Shown piece after piece: positions 46,535 through 56,167 of a stretch of 64,000 bases of DNA. Origin of the DNA: an uncultured bacterium (lineage in GTDB: Bacteria > Desulfobacterota > DSM-4660 > Desulfatiglandales > CALKZT01); the NCBI GenBank assembly GCA_938002815.1, contig CALKZT010000034.1, positions 30,988 to 94,987 on the forward strand, written 5' to 3'. The notes beneath the pieces were generated by a model that saw nothing but the letters and a program-made list of their open reading frames with translations, was not told the DNA's origin and did not search any database. Positions within the stretch are counted from its first letter, which is position 1, and every line of letters begins with the position of its first letter. Made by a program: the position numbers and the translations under genes.

Positions 46535-49500
46535 ATGAAAGATGGTTTTAGGTTCGTGGGCCTGTGTTTGGCACTTTTAGTCTTGTTGGCGATTTCCGGA
46601 TGTGGGGATGGGGGCGGTGGAACAATAAGCTCAGCCCCCCCTGGTGCGGTTCTAAGTGGCTCTGCTGTAAAAGGTCCCTTCCAAAAGGGTGGCAAAGTGG
46701 AAGTCTTTAAGGTGGACAGTAACGGTTCTTTGATTACCCCGGCTGCCTGGAAGGGAACTATAGAGTCGAATGACGGCAAATTTTCCATCGACGTGGGAGA
46801 TTACCAAGGGGTGGTGGAGATCCAAGTCTCTGGGGCTTATCTAGATGAAGCCACCGGCTCAACCATAACGACTTCAGAGCCTTTAAAGTGCGTTGAATAT
46901 GTATCAGGTAGCACAAGCGCCAATGTAAACATCGTAACGCACTTGGCCTCAGAAAAGATAAAGAATTACATGAAAAAGGGATATACACCTGAGGAGGCAA
47001 TATCAGCGGCCCAAGCTGAAATAGCCCTGCTCCTGGAAGAGGTGATAGGAGAGAAGAAACCAAAGGAGCTAAATCCTCTAAAGATCTCTGTGCCTGAAAA
47101 CGCCAACTTGTTGCTCTTAAGCTATGCCCTTCAAAAGATTGGGGGTGAATATACCGTCAAACTCTTAGATTACTTGGCCGAGAATATAAAGGATGAGGGT
47201 AACCTTGACTGGGAGCTAACCGAAGAACAGAAGGCAGGATTAGCTTCTACTGCTCTTACCCCTGTAACCCTACAACTCAACGAATGGGCCAATGCCTTTG
47301 CTGATGATTACACGAATGTATTCAATTCTCTCAAGAATATCACTGGCTTTGAGGGTTCCTTGGACGATTTGAAAAATCTGAAGCTTACCTTGAAATCCTT
47401 TAGCAAGCTAAGCTCCATCGGCCTTGCAAAGCTTGCAGGGAGTGAGGTCTATGTAAACTTAGATCAAAAACCCCTTGGAACCACAGCCTTGGCCTTAAAA
47501 GAGGAAGAGGGGAAAGTGATTGCAGAGTTAAACTCCCCTGACTTCACATATGGTTTTGTAAGTACTGAAAAAGGTAAAGATGCATACATGTTTGTGCAAC
47601 CTGTGGATAAAAACAAGACCAAACTGGAACTGCCAGAAGGAGAATTAACCTGTGAAGGGTGTGAGGAGGAGTTGGGGGGTCTAAAGGCAATTTCACTCCC
47701 ATCAGGCATGGATAAACCGGTTCCTAAGACACTCTCTTCTTCTGATGCCACAACAAAGGTGATTGTCTCTAACATGAAACTCAAAAAGGACATTACCGTT
47801 GCAGTAACTCCATATAAGTCAAATAAATTTATACCTAAGTTTGATTCGATTGCCACAGATACTGGCCTGAAAGACCCAATTGTGATTTCTGGTGCGGATA
47901 TAAAGATAGTGGATTCTTTAGGAAAACCTACAACCTCGGAGAAGGCATGTTTCTGCGCCTCTATATCCATTCAGACAACACACATAATTCAAGGTAGCAT
48001 GGGTATAAATCAACTAGCTACCAAACTTAACGCAGGGGATGGTAGCCTCTATCTACTTGTCTTCAAAGACAAGAAATGGCAGATCGTAAATGGCGCAGGT
48101 TTTGTCCTCAGTGGGAATAGCCTTAACCAAACATCGGGTAAGACTTTGAGATTGTATCCCTTTGTGATTGTCTATGTTCCAAAGGAAGGCACTGCCTTTT
48201 CAGGAAAGATCAGTGGAACAGTAACGGAGGCGGGGGGCTTGACCCCTGTTAAGGGAGCACTGGTAACCATAGAGGGCCAGGAGATATTTGCGGTTACAGG
48301 ACCAGATGGGGCATACACCTTAGCCTACTCTGCCCTAAAGGCAAATGAACCTGTTCAGTTTACATTGACATTTACAAAAACTGGTTATTCAAAGGTAGCA
48401 AGTAGTGTGTCTGTGAGTTCTGCTAATCCCAATGTCACCAAAGATGCCCAGCTAGAGAAGGTGGAAACCTTTACTTTAAAAGGCAAGGTGACTGGAGATG
48501 AGGGAGCTTCTATACCTAACGCCCATCTGACCTTATACTATGATTCCCTTGAGTTTGATACGCTTACTGACGCCTCTGGCAATTATTCCTTTGAACTTGT
48601 TCCGGTTGAAAAAAAGGATACCCTCAGTATCGTAGTGGAGGCATTTGGATTTGAAAAGAAGCAGTTGAAGGTTCAGGGAAATATTGAAGATGGGAAGCTT
48701 ATCTACAACATAGGGCTTACCAAAAAGGTGGTCATGCTCCCCACTATATACAAGGAGGGTTTTGAGACGGAGTTGACCGAGAAGAAATGGACCTTTACTA
48801 ACTATAGCAGCCTCGTGGGATGGCAGGTGGTAAAGAAACCAGAGCAGATTAAGGTGGCAGAGCAAATAGTGGATCAGATCCTATTTCCAGATCGGGCCAC
48901 TGTGGATGTAATTGGAAAGGTGGTAAGTCTTTATGGCGTCCAGGGCTATGGTGGGACATGCGAAACCTATCCCATTTGGCCCATCGAACAGCCACCTACC
49001 CCTGAATCACCAGCCATACCCCAAAATGTAAAACTTACCCCAACTAATGCAGGTTTTGGTATATCATGGGATCCTGTCGAAGGTGTTTATGAGTACCTAA
49101 TTACCGTCACCGACGGTGTGACATCTGTTTCATTCCCTTTATTCCCTCAGTATGAAAGTTCTGGATATATTATTAGTGGCCCTATTTCTGACTGGCAGGA
49201 GTACACAAAGACATTAAACATAACCAACGGGAAGGTGTATCAGGTGGGGGTAAAATCCATGCAGTTCAAGCAGCCAGAAGATGGGTTGACTAGCCAGGAG
49301 GCATGGGTTTTTAGCAACTATTCAGATATCAAATGTGTGATGCCCATTTTACCTTCTAAGGTGGCAATCGCCTTCAACAAGGTTGGTGAAAACACCGAGA
49401 CCATTGTATACGCCAAGGGTGTCGATTTAAATGGGGATGGGGTATTCGATTCCGTTGAGACTGATTTTGAGGACTTTAACGCAGCCCAATATCAATTCGA

Positions 49501-50212
49501 AATCCAAGGACCTGTGCTGATCAAAAAGGATGTGTCTGTCTCCTATCCAGATCCCAAAAACAAGATAATAACCCTCTTGCCTGCCTATGAGGGAGACCAT
49601 GTGCTTTGGTATGGTAACAAGGAGAATGGGACCATTAGTGACCAGAATTCCAATACCTCTTCGACATCAAATTATGGTTTTGCCTCAGGCCCTATCTTGG
49701 ACCTCACTGGATTTAACAACGTAACTGCCCTAATGCACACCTGGTTTGAGGTGGAAAGCGTAGATGTGGCCAAAAAGCAATATGACCTCATGGAGATACA
49801 GGTGGCCATCTATGATGAGGACAAGGCTGAAGGGGATCCCATAACCATATGGGCCTCAGGGGTGGAATACACACTGCTAAACAAGATTTTCTATACGCTC
49901 GTAAGCCTAAATCCTGATAAAGAGCCACCAGGGATGCAATTGCCCTATATCAATTATAGCTCCGGAGGGGTAAATGCAGTGCCCATTTGGATACAAAAGG
50001 AGCTGAATCTTACTCCCTTTGCCGGACATAAGATCAAAATCGGTTTCTACTTTGATACAAAGGACAAAATGTATAATGGCTTCAGGGGTTGGGCATTGGA
50101 TAATCTCTTGATCACCGATGAAAAAAGCAGTCAGCCGTTTGTGTTTGAGGGCTACGTGGAACCGGACGAGGTGGCGATTTACTCGAAGGCCGTGCCTGAT
50201 AGAGGTAATTGA
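46535..50212 (+). CDS. giant surface/envelope lipoprotein (1225 aa) with carboxypeptidase-regulatory-like and FN3-like beta-sandwich domains
   Basis: Lipobox LLAISGC (Cys23) followed by GDGGGG. Two CarboxypepD_reg-like units (ISGTVTEAGGLTPVKGALVTIEG..VTGPDGAYTL; LKGKVTGDEGASIPNAHLTLYY..TDASGNYSFELV). FN3-like PQNVKLTPTNAGFGISWDPVEGVYEYLITV. No HExxH or other catalytic motif seen. Confidence 0.8.
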   Translation: MKDGFRFVGLCLALLVLLAISGCGDGGGGTISSAPPGAVLSGSAVKGPFQKGGKVEVFKVDSNGSLITPAAWKGTIESNDGKFSIDVGDYQGVVEIQVSGAYLDEATGSTITTSEPLKCVEYVSGSTSANVNIVTHLASEKIKNYMKKGYTPEEAISAAQAEIALLLEEVIGEKKPKELNPLKISVPENANLLLLSYALQKIGGEYTVKLLDYLAENIKDEGNLDWELTEEQKAGLASTALTPVTLQLNEWANAFADDYTNVFNSLKNITGFEGSLDDLKNLKLTLKSFSKLSSIGLAKLAGSEVYVNLDQKPLGTTALALKEEEGKVIAELNSPDFTYGFVSTEKGKDAYMFVQPVDKNKTKLELPEGELTCEGCEEELGGLKAISLPSGMDKPVPKTLSSSDATTKVIVSNMKLKKDITVAVTPYKSNKFIPKFDSIATDTGLKDPIVISGADIKIVDSLGKPTTSEKACFCASISIQTTHIIQGSMGINQLATKLNAGDGSLYLLVFKDKKWQIVNGAGFVLSGNSLNQTSGKTLRLYPFVIVYVPKEGTAFSGKISGTVTEAGGLTPVKGALVTIEGQEIFAVTGPDGAYTLAYSALKANEPVQFTLTFTKTGYSKVASSVSVSSANPNVTKDAQLEKVETFTLKGKVTGDEGASIPNAHLTLYYDSLEFDTLTDASGNYSFELVPVEKKDTLSIVVEAFGFEKKQLKVQGNIEDGKLIYNIGLTKKVVMLPTIYKEGFETELTEKKWTFTNYSSLVGWQVVKKPEQIKVAEQIVDQILFPDRATVDVIGKVVSLYGVQGYGGTCETYPIWPIEQPPTPESPAIPQNVKLTPTNAGFGISWDPVEGVYEYLITVTDGVTSVSFPLFPQYESSGYIISGPISDWQEYTKTLNITNGKVYQVGVKSMQFKQPEDGLTSQEAWVFSNYSDIKCVMPILPSKVAIAFNKVGENTETIVYAKGVDLNGDGVFDSVETDFEDFNAAQYQFEIQGPVLIKKDVSVSYPDPKNKIITLLPAYEGDHVLWYGNKENGTISDQNSNTSSTSNYGFASGPILDLTGFNNVTALMHTWFEVESVDVAKKQYDLMEIQVAIYDEDKAEGDPITIWASGVEYTLLNKIFYTLVSLNPDKEPPGMQLPYINYSSGGVNAVPIWIQKELNLTPFAGHKIKIGFYFDTKDKMYNGFRGWALDNLLITDEKSSQPFVFEGYVEPDEVAIYSKAVPDRGN

Positions 50213-50220
50213 CGGGAAAG

Positions 50221-50248
50221 GCCCCGGGTCTTTACCCGGGGCTTTTTT
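50221..50248. terminator. bidirectional rho-independent terminator between convergent genes
   Basis: gccccggg (50221-50228) / cccggggc (50235-50242), loop tcttta, T-run 50243-50248. A short A-rich stretch lies on the other side. Confidence 0.75.
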
Positions 50249-50627
50249 ATGTCTTAAGAGGGATATCCTTTGTCGCGATTATCAGGGTCCTAAGGCCCTT
50301 GGGGTTTTTAAGTATAACCTGACCGGATCTAACTGGTGCCTTCAGGCGGATCCTCTTAATCTCCTCCATTAGATCAAATATTGAATTTAAAGGAACAGGA
50401 GAGGTTGTCCTTACACTCACCAAGGGTAGCTCACCGCCCTCTACCGAGACGCTCGTGCAAATGGTTCTGACAGATCCTTTGATCTCACTTTCTGCCCATT
50501 TTGGGCCCTTTTTGCACAGTTGCCCTTCTACCTTTGTTATCTCCAACGCCTCCCCTTGTTTTTGGTATTCCACCTCAAGTTCGCAGCCATTGGGGCAGAT
50601 TACACAGACAAGTTCTCTTCTCATCAC
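50247..50627 (-). CDS. DUF1667 domain protein
   Basis: 126 aa. N-terminal ELVCVICPNGCELEV. Follows the two FAD oxidoreductases with a 4-nt overlap. Confidence 0.75.
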   Translation of the reverse strand: MMRRELVCVICPNGCELEVEYQKQGEALEITKVEGQLCKKGPKWAESEIKGSVRTICTSVSVEGGELPLVSVRTTSPVPLNSIFDLMEEIKRIRLKAPVRSGQVILKNPKGLRTLIIATKDIPLKT

Positions 50628-51874
50628 TCCACCCTTACCTCTAAACCCTTGGCCTTGGCAATTTTCTCCACCATCACCTTAAGCCTTACCATAACGGCAG
50701 GATGTAATCTTGGAAAGGATTTCTGAATGAGCCTCTTTCGATTTTCGTCTAAAAGAACGATCTTTTTGTCCCTCATGGGCTCCTTTACTCTCAGGGAGAG
50801 AAAGAAGTCCCTCTCCCTTGAGACCCTCTGGGGGAGGCAATAGCGTATCCCTGGGCCTGGTCTAATGGAAGTGTATTCCCCTAATGGTCTCAGTTCGCCT
50901 TCGGAGAACCTGGCCCCAAAGAGGCCTGCCAATTCTGACTCCTCTGAGACGTGATCCACCAAGTCATGGACCTGAAGTACATTCCCACACGCAAATATCC
51001 CCTCTAAGGATGTCATGAGGGTGTCGTCCACAAGTGGGCCCCCTGTCATTGGCTCTATCTCTACGCCAGCCTCTCTCGAAAGTTCATTTTCAGGGATCAG
51101 ACCCACAGAGAGCAAAAGGGTATCACAGGGAATGAAGGAGGTTGTATTGGGTAGAGGCCTCCTATTTGGATCTACTTTTGCCACACTGACACCAGTGAGC
51201 CTCCTCTCCCCGTGTACCTCCACTACCGTGGTGCTGAGGTGTAAGGGAATCCCATAGTCCAGAAGGCACTGTTGAATGTTCCTGGGTAGCCCACTGGGAT
51301 AGGGCAGGATCTCATATACCCCCACCACCTCGCAACCCTCGAGGAGAAGTCTCCGCGCCATGATAAGGCCTATGTCCCCTGAGCCCAATACTACTGCCCT
51401 TTTGCCCACCATTATGTTTTGGAGGTTAATGAGGTTTTGGGCCTGGCCTGCAGTATAGATCCCTGAGGGCCTTGTCCCTGGCAACATGATTGCACCTTGG
51501 GTCCTCTCCCTACATCCCATGGCGAGCACAACGGCCTTTGCCTCTATTCTCTTAAGACCCTTGGCTGAAGAGAGCTCCAAGGTCTTATCTCGGCCCAGCT
51601 TGGTTACCATAGTGTCCAGCATATATTCCACGCCCTCTGCATCTAACCTCTCTATAAACCTCTTGGCATACTCAGGCCCACTTAGTGCCTCTTTGAATCT
51701 GTGTAGTCCAAAGCCATCGTGTATGCACTGATTTAGGATCCCTCCAAGCCTCTTGTCTCGCTCCACTATGAGGACATCCCGTGCCCCTGCCCTTTTCGCA
51801 GATATGGCTGCAGCAAGGCCTGCAGGCCCACCTCCTATCACGACCACTTCCCGCTTCAATTTCGAAGCTCCCAA
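50624..51874 (-). CDS. NAD(P)/FAD-dependent (pyridine nucleotide-disulfide family) oxidoreductase
   Basis: VVVIGGGPAGLAAA and a second Rossmann motif AVVLGSGDIGLIMA. 416 aa. Confidence 0.8.
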   Translation of the reverse strand: MGASKLKREVVVIGGGPAGLAAAISAKRAGARDVLIVERDKRLGGILNQCIHDGFGLHRFKEALSGPEYAKRFIERLDAEGVEYMLDTMVTKLGRDKTLELSSAKGLKRIEAKAVVLAMGCRERTQGAIMLPGTRPSGIYTAGQAQNLINLQNIMVGKRAVVLGSGDIGLIMARRLLLEGCEVVGVYEILPYPSGLPRNIQQCLLDYGIPLHLSTTVVEVHGERRLTGVSVAKVDPNRRPLPNTTSFIPCDTLLLSVGLIPENELSREAGVEIEPMTGGPLVDDTLMTSLEGIFACGNVLQVHDLVDHVSEESELAGLFGARFSEGELRPLGEYTSIRPGPGIRYCLPQRVSRERDFFLSLRVKEPMRDKKIVLLDENRKRLIQKSFPRLHPAVMVRLKVMVEKIAKAKGLEVRVE

Positions 51875-51877
51875 ATC

Positions 51878-53344
51878 CTACCTCACATTTCCAGTAAAGA
51901 GATAAGAACCCTCCCTGTGCAAGAGGAAATCTTCTGGTCTAAAACCAAACTCCTTTGTTAAGATCTCCACAATCCTGGGCAGGCAAAATCCTCCCTGGCA
52001 CCTTCCCATCATCACCCTGGCCCTATATCTCAAGGAGGAAAGGGTCTTGACACCGAGGGGGTTCTGGATGGCGTCTATAACCTCTTTCTTTGTTATCCCT
52101 TCACATCTGCATACTATCTGGCCATAGTCCTTTTCTTTTGAGATGAGGTCCATCTTCTCCTCATAGGAAAGTTCACTGAAATACCCAGTAAATCCCGGTA
52201 ACTCTGAAAGGAAGTCCTCTCTTTCCTCTAAGGTTAGGACCTCCTCAAGAAGATCCTTTACAGTTAAGGCGATGGCTGGAGCAGAGGTGAGCCCAGGGCT
52301 CTCTATGCCCAGGAGGTTTATGAATCCCTTTATCTCCTTTCTATGCTCTATCACAAAGTCCCTAAAACCACCCACCTCAGGCGGGGTCTGTTTTGCCCTC
52401 AGTCCACAAAAGGATCTGATCACATCAGAGGTCTCAAGGTCAGGTAAGAGTTCCTTTCCCTCCTTTAGTAAGACTTCCATGATCTCCCTTGTGGTGGCAT
52501 ACTCCTCAGGGGAATTTACGTATTCATTGCTGGGTCCGATAAGGATGTTTCCATCTACTGTCTTTGTTAAATGTATCCCCAGACCTGCCTTGCCGTGGTG
52601 GGGCGCAGGGTATACAAGGGTTTTAAGGTGGTGCCCCAGTCGCTTATCCAGGATCAGGTACTCTCCACGACAGGGATATATCTTGTATTCCTCTATCCCC
52701 AAAAGCCTGCATATCTGGTCAGAGTAAAGACCTGCTGAATTTATTAGGACCCTTGAAGTGAATGTCTCCCCATCTTGGGTCTTCACCAAAAAGGTATCGA
52801 ATCTCTTCTCTATTGCCACAACCTTTTTGCCGAGCCAAAAAGAGACACCATTCCTAAAGGCTGATTCTGCCAGCCTAATGGTAAAGGTATATGGGCATAC
52901 TATGCCAGTAGAAGGAGAGTACAGGGCCAGGATACCTCCTACGCCAGGCTGGAGTTTTTCCATCTCGTCCCTTTTAAGTATCTGGAGCCCAGGGACGCCG
53001 TTTGCCTCCCCCTGCTCCTTTAATTCGTAGAGGCTCTTTATCTCGGAATCCTCTTGGGCCACGGTCAGTTTTCCTATGTAGCTCATCTTGACCTTAAGTT
53101 CCCTGCACAGCCTCTCAAACATGGAGTTTCCCAAGACATTGAGCTTTGCCCTCAGGGTTCCTGGCTTGTAGTGTATCCCAGAGTGTATGACGCCGCTATT
53201 ACGTGAGCTGGTGCCCATGCCCACATCCAGCTCCTTTTCCAGGACTCCAATTTTGAGTTTGTACTTGGAAAGCTCCCTTGCTATGGCATTTCCAACTACA
53301 CCTGCACCAATTATCAAGACGTCGTAACGGGTCCCCTGATCCAA
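51878..53344 (-). CDS. FAD-dependent oxidoreductase, GlpA/anaerobic glycerol-3-phosphate dehydrogenase-like, with BFD-like [2Fe-2S] domain
   Basis: YDVLIIGAGVVGNAIA. C-terminal IVCRCEGITKKEV...MMGRCQGGFC. Confidence 0.8.
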   Translation of the reverse strand: MDQGTRYDVLIIGAGVVGNAIARELSKYKLKIGVLEKELDVGMGTSSRNSGVIHSGIHYKPGTLRAKLNVLGNSMFERLCRELKVKMSYIGKLTVAQEDSEIKSLYELKEQGEANGVPGLQILKRDEMEKLQPGVGGILALYSPSTGIVCPYTFTIRLAESAFRNGVSFWLGKKVVAIEKRFDTFLVKTQDGETFTSRVLINSAGLYSDQICRLLGIEEYKIYPCRGEYLILDKRLGHHLKTLVYPAPHHGKAGLGIHLTKTVDGNILIGPSNEYVNSPEEYATTREIMEVLLKEGKELLPDLETSDVIRSFCGLRAKQTPPEVGGFRDFVIEHRKEIKGFINLLGIESPGLTSAPAIALTVKDLLEEVLTLEEREDFLSELPGFTGYFSELSYEEKMDLISKEKDYGQIVCRCEGITKKEVIDAIQNPLGVKTLSSLRYRARVMMGRCQGGFCLPRIVEILTKEFGFRPEDFLLHREGSYLFTGNVR

Positions 53345-53360
53345 GGCCTTCTCCCCTAAG

Positions 53361-54797
53361 CTACTCCACTATCCCAGCAAGCCTCTGGGCTGCCCTCTTC
53401 TTTTTTTCAAGGTCAGTCTCCCTCAAGATGGTGATCCTGTGTGCCTCAGGGGAGCCACCACCGTGTATGTCAGAGATCACATCTGCACTCTCCATGGCAA
53501 GCTTTTCTGCGAGTCTGTACATCCTGATCCTGTTTTCCACTGGGATCCCGTCTACCGCCTTTAGATATTTTTTTAACAAGGGCCCTATCTCTGGGTGCTC
53601 CAGGTCCTTGTCAGAAGGGAGATCTGCCACAAAGCCACCTACGATATCCACCATGAGCCTGATACATTCTACCAGCTCTTTTCCTTCGTGGATCTTGGAT
53701 GCATTGGCAAGGGCAGTGTTTATGTAGTATGTGCCGGAGGGCTCCCTTTTACCTTCATAGGAGGCTGCCAAACAACATCCATAAAGGGTCTCTGCCCTGT
53801 GCACCATATCTATCACCTTTTGTTTCAGGTGGCTGGCACCGGCAGTACCATTGTAGTCCATCAAGGTAAGTGCAGTGCCTATCATCACATCTATATTGCC
53901 AGCCTTACACCCCCCGTGGCTCTGCCTGTGGAAGGCAGAGAACCGCAAGACCATCTCAGAGGCGAATTCCACCTCCCCGCACATAAATACCCTCTCCCAA
54001 GGGACGAAGACGTCATTAAATATCAGGGTAGGGCAGTATTTGGAGTACCTTAGGTTTCCTATGTCAAAGCCCTCTATCTCCCTTTTATCCAGACTTGACC
54101 TGCCAACTACGTGTATCAGTCCTGGTGCATCTGAGGGGATAGCAAAGGCCACTGCATACTCTTCGTCTCCTTTTCGCAGGGCCCTTGTGGGTAAGACTAT
54201 TATCTCATGGGAGGAAAGGGAGCCTGTTTGGTGAACCTTGGCACCCCTTACCACAATACCTTCAGACCTCTTTTCCACAACCCTTAAGTAGAGGTCCTTG
54301 TCTTCTTGTTGGGAAGGGCCCTTAGACCTGTCACCCTTGGCATCTGTGACACCCGCGTTTCCCACCAGGTCATTTTTCTGCATGTACTTTAGAAACTCTA
54401 AAAAGTTTTTGTGGTAATTTGTGTTGTACCTCTTGTCTATGTTGTAGGTCACTATGGATAAGGTGCTTAAGCAATCCAGGCCTGTGCAACGTTGGTGGCA
54501 TGTCCCCACATAGTTTCCCAGGGCCCTGTTCACCTTTACACGCATTACAAGGTCTTCCACTGATAAAGGAGGTAGGGTAAACCGGTTAACAGGTTCATTT
54601 ATGAGGGGGCTATGAGTCAATATCATGTCCTTGTATTCTTCCAGGTGGGCTATTTCGTATGTGGCACCAGTGGCCTCTATTCCTGCCCTTAGTCTCGGAT
54701 TATCTAATACACTCTCTACCTTTTGGCCGAACATATAAACCGTTGGTTTCATCTGGGCTATGGAATCCAAATATTCCTCTTTTGTCTTAACTCCCAT
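53361..54797 (-). CDS. abfD: 4-hydroxybutyryl-CoA dehydratase / vinylacetyl-CoA isomerase family (4-HPA hydroxylase fold)
   Basis: Cluster-ligand pattern GTCHQRCTGLDC (C-x3-C) and FHRQSHGGC (H-x6-C). ATG 54797 lies 5 nt after GGAGG; the ORF-track TTG start at 54809 is less likely. Confidence 0.78.
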   Translation of the reverse strand: MGVKTKEEYLDSIAQMKPTVYMFGQKVESVLDNPRLRAGIEATGATYEIAHLEEYKDMILTHSPLINEPVNRFTLPPLSVEDLVMRVKVNRALGNYVGTCHQRCTGLDCLSTLSIVTYNIDKRYNTNYHKNFLEFLKYMQKNDLVGNAGVTDAKGDRSKGPSQQEDKDLYLRVVEKRSEGIVVRGAKVHQTGSLSSHEIIVLPTRALRKGDEEYAVAFAIPSDAPGLIHVVGRSSLDKREIEGFDIGNLRYSKYCPTLIFNDVFVPWERVFMCGEVEFASEMVLRFSAFHRQSHGGCKAGNIDVMIGTALTLMDYNGTAGASHLKQKVIDMVHRAETLYGCCLAASYEGKREPSGTYYINTALANASKIHEGKELVECIRLMVDIVGGFVADLPSDKDLEHPEIGPLLKKYLKAVDGIPVENRIRMYRLAEKLAMESADVISDIHGGGSPEAHRITILRETDLEKKKRAAQRLAGIVE

Positions 54798-54943
54798 GAA
54801 GTCCTCCAAATATTTCAGTCTCTAAACCTATAGGCGAACTTTTATTATTTAGCCCTGGCACCCAAAGGCCCCTCATTGGACTTTAGAGGCAACACTCCAT
54901 TGTGTTATGCCATATGGGCAGATAGCCTATAAGGGGAAAAAAC

Positions 54944-54972
54944 TTGAACAGCGCCTAAGTTTTACTTATATA
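54944..54972 (+). promoter_or_regulatory. sigma70-type promoter candidate for sucCD
   Basis: TTGAAC (54944-54949), 17-nt spacer, TATATA (54967-54972). Confidence 0.5.
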
Positions 54973-55018
54973 GCTCCGATGTCAAGAAAAAAGTAAGAGA
55001 CCGAAAGAAGGGAAGGAC

Positions 55019-56164
55019 ATGAGGCTACAGGAATACGAAGCAAAAGAGATCTTTAAAACTTATGGGATCCCTGTACCAGAGTTCAGGGTGGTAAGAGACC
55101 CGGAGGCTGCTCTAAGGGCAGGGCTGGATTTAGGTCTTCCCGTTATGCTAAAGGCCCAGGTGTTGGTTGGGGGTAGAGGTAAGGCGGGAGGAGTATTGAA
55201 GTGTGAGACCCCTGAAGAGGTCCTGACCTTTTCAGAAGAGCTATTCAGGAGGGAAATAAAGGGCCTGGTCCCAAAGGAGCTTATGGTAGAAAAGGCCTGT
55301 GAAGTTGAAAAGGAGATCTACCTGGGATGTGCCGTGGACGGGTATGAGGGTAGGCCTGTCTTGATCCTCTCTAAGAGGGGCGGTGTGGATGTGGAGGATG
55401 TCTTTAGGAGGCATCCTGAAAAGGTCAATAAGTTCCCGCTCCCCATTGATGGAGGGTTTTTGCCTTACCAGGCGAGAGGTCTTTCAAAGGAGTTAGGGTT
55501 TTCAGGTGAGGGTATGCTCTCTATTTCCAAGGTAATCTATCTATTGGTAAAGGTCTTTTATGAGTACGAAGCCCTTTTGGCGGAGATTAATCCCCTCGGA
55601 GTGTCCTCTGGTGGCGATAGTATCTGTTTAGATGCAGTCTTGGAGGTGGATAATGCAGCTCTAAAGAGGATTAGGGCAAATTTGCCAAATCCTGCCACCC
55701 GTATAGAAAACCCCATTGAAAGAAAGGGCAGAGAGATAGGTGTCACATATGTGGATTTGGATGGGGACATAGGGATAATATCCTCTGGAGCAGGCCTTGG
55801 TATGTGCAGCATGGATATAATTGGGGATAGACTTAGGCCTGCCAATTTCCTTGAGACAGGTGGTGGAATTACTGAGGAGCTCTTATATCGCTGCATGGAA
55901 CTGGTGACCATGAAGCCCAACCTGAGGGCTATCTTCATAAATGTATACGGTGGGATCAATCCCATCCATGAAGGGGCAAAGGGTGTTGTGAGGTTTATTA
56001 GAGAGAAGGGGCTCAAGATTCCCATTGTCGCCAAGGCCCTTGGAAACAGGCAGGAGGAGACCTGGGAGATACTGAGATCGGGTGGTGTAGAGGTGGTAGA
56101 GGAGACTGATACAGAAAGTGCAGTCAAAAGGCTCTGCGAGATCTTGGAAAGGGGGAGGAGTTAG
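55019..56164 (+). CDS. sucC: succinyl-CoA synthetase beta subunit-like (ADP-forming, ATP-grasp)
   Basis: MRLQEYEAKEIFKTYGIPVP N-terminus. VLVGGRGKAGGV. 381 aa. Confidence 0.8.
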   Translation: MRLQEYEAKEIFKTYGIPVPEFRVVRDPEAALRAGLDLGLPVMLKAQVLVGGRGKAGGVLKCETPEEVLTFSEELFRREIKGLVPKELMVEKACEVEKEIYLGCAVDGYEGRPVLILSKRGGVDVEDVFRRHPEKVNKFPLPIDGGFLPYQARGLSKELGFSGEGMLSISKVIYLLVKVFYEYEALLAEINPLGVSSGGDSICLDAVLEVDNAALKRIRANLPNPATRIENPIERKGREIGVTYVDLDGDIGIISSGAGLGMCSMDIIGDRLRPANFLETGGGITEELLYRCMELVTMKPNLRAIFINVYGGINPIHEGAKGVVRFIREKGLKIPIVAKALGNRQEETWEILRSGGVEVVEETDTESAVKRLCEILERGRS

Positions 56165-56167
56165 GAG

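Noticed and set aside
54856-54870. TGGCAC motif suggesting a sigma-54 promoter in the abfD-sucC spacer.
   Set aside because: The downstream element is ggcc, with wrong spacing for the GG-N10-GC rule, and there is no TTGC(A/T). A sigma70-type TTGAAC-17 nt-TATATA promoter explains sucCD better.
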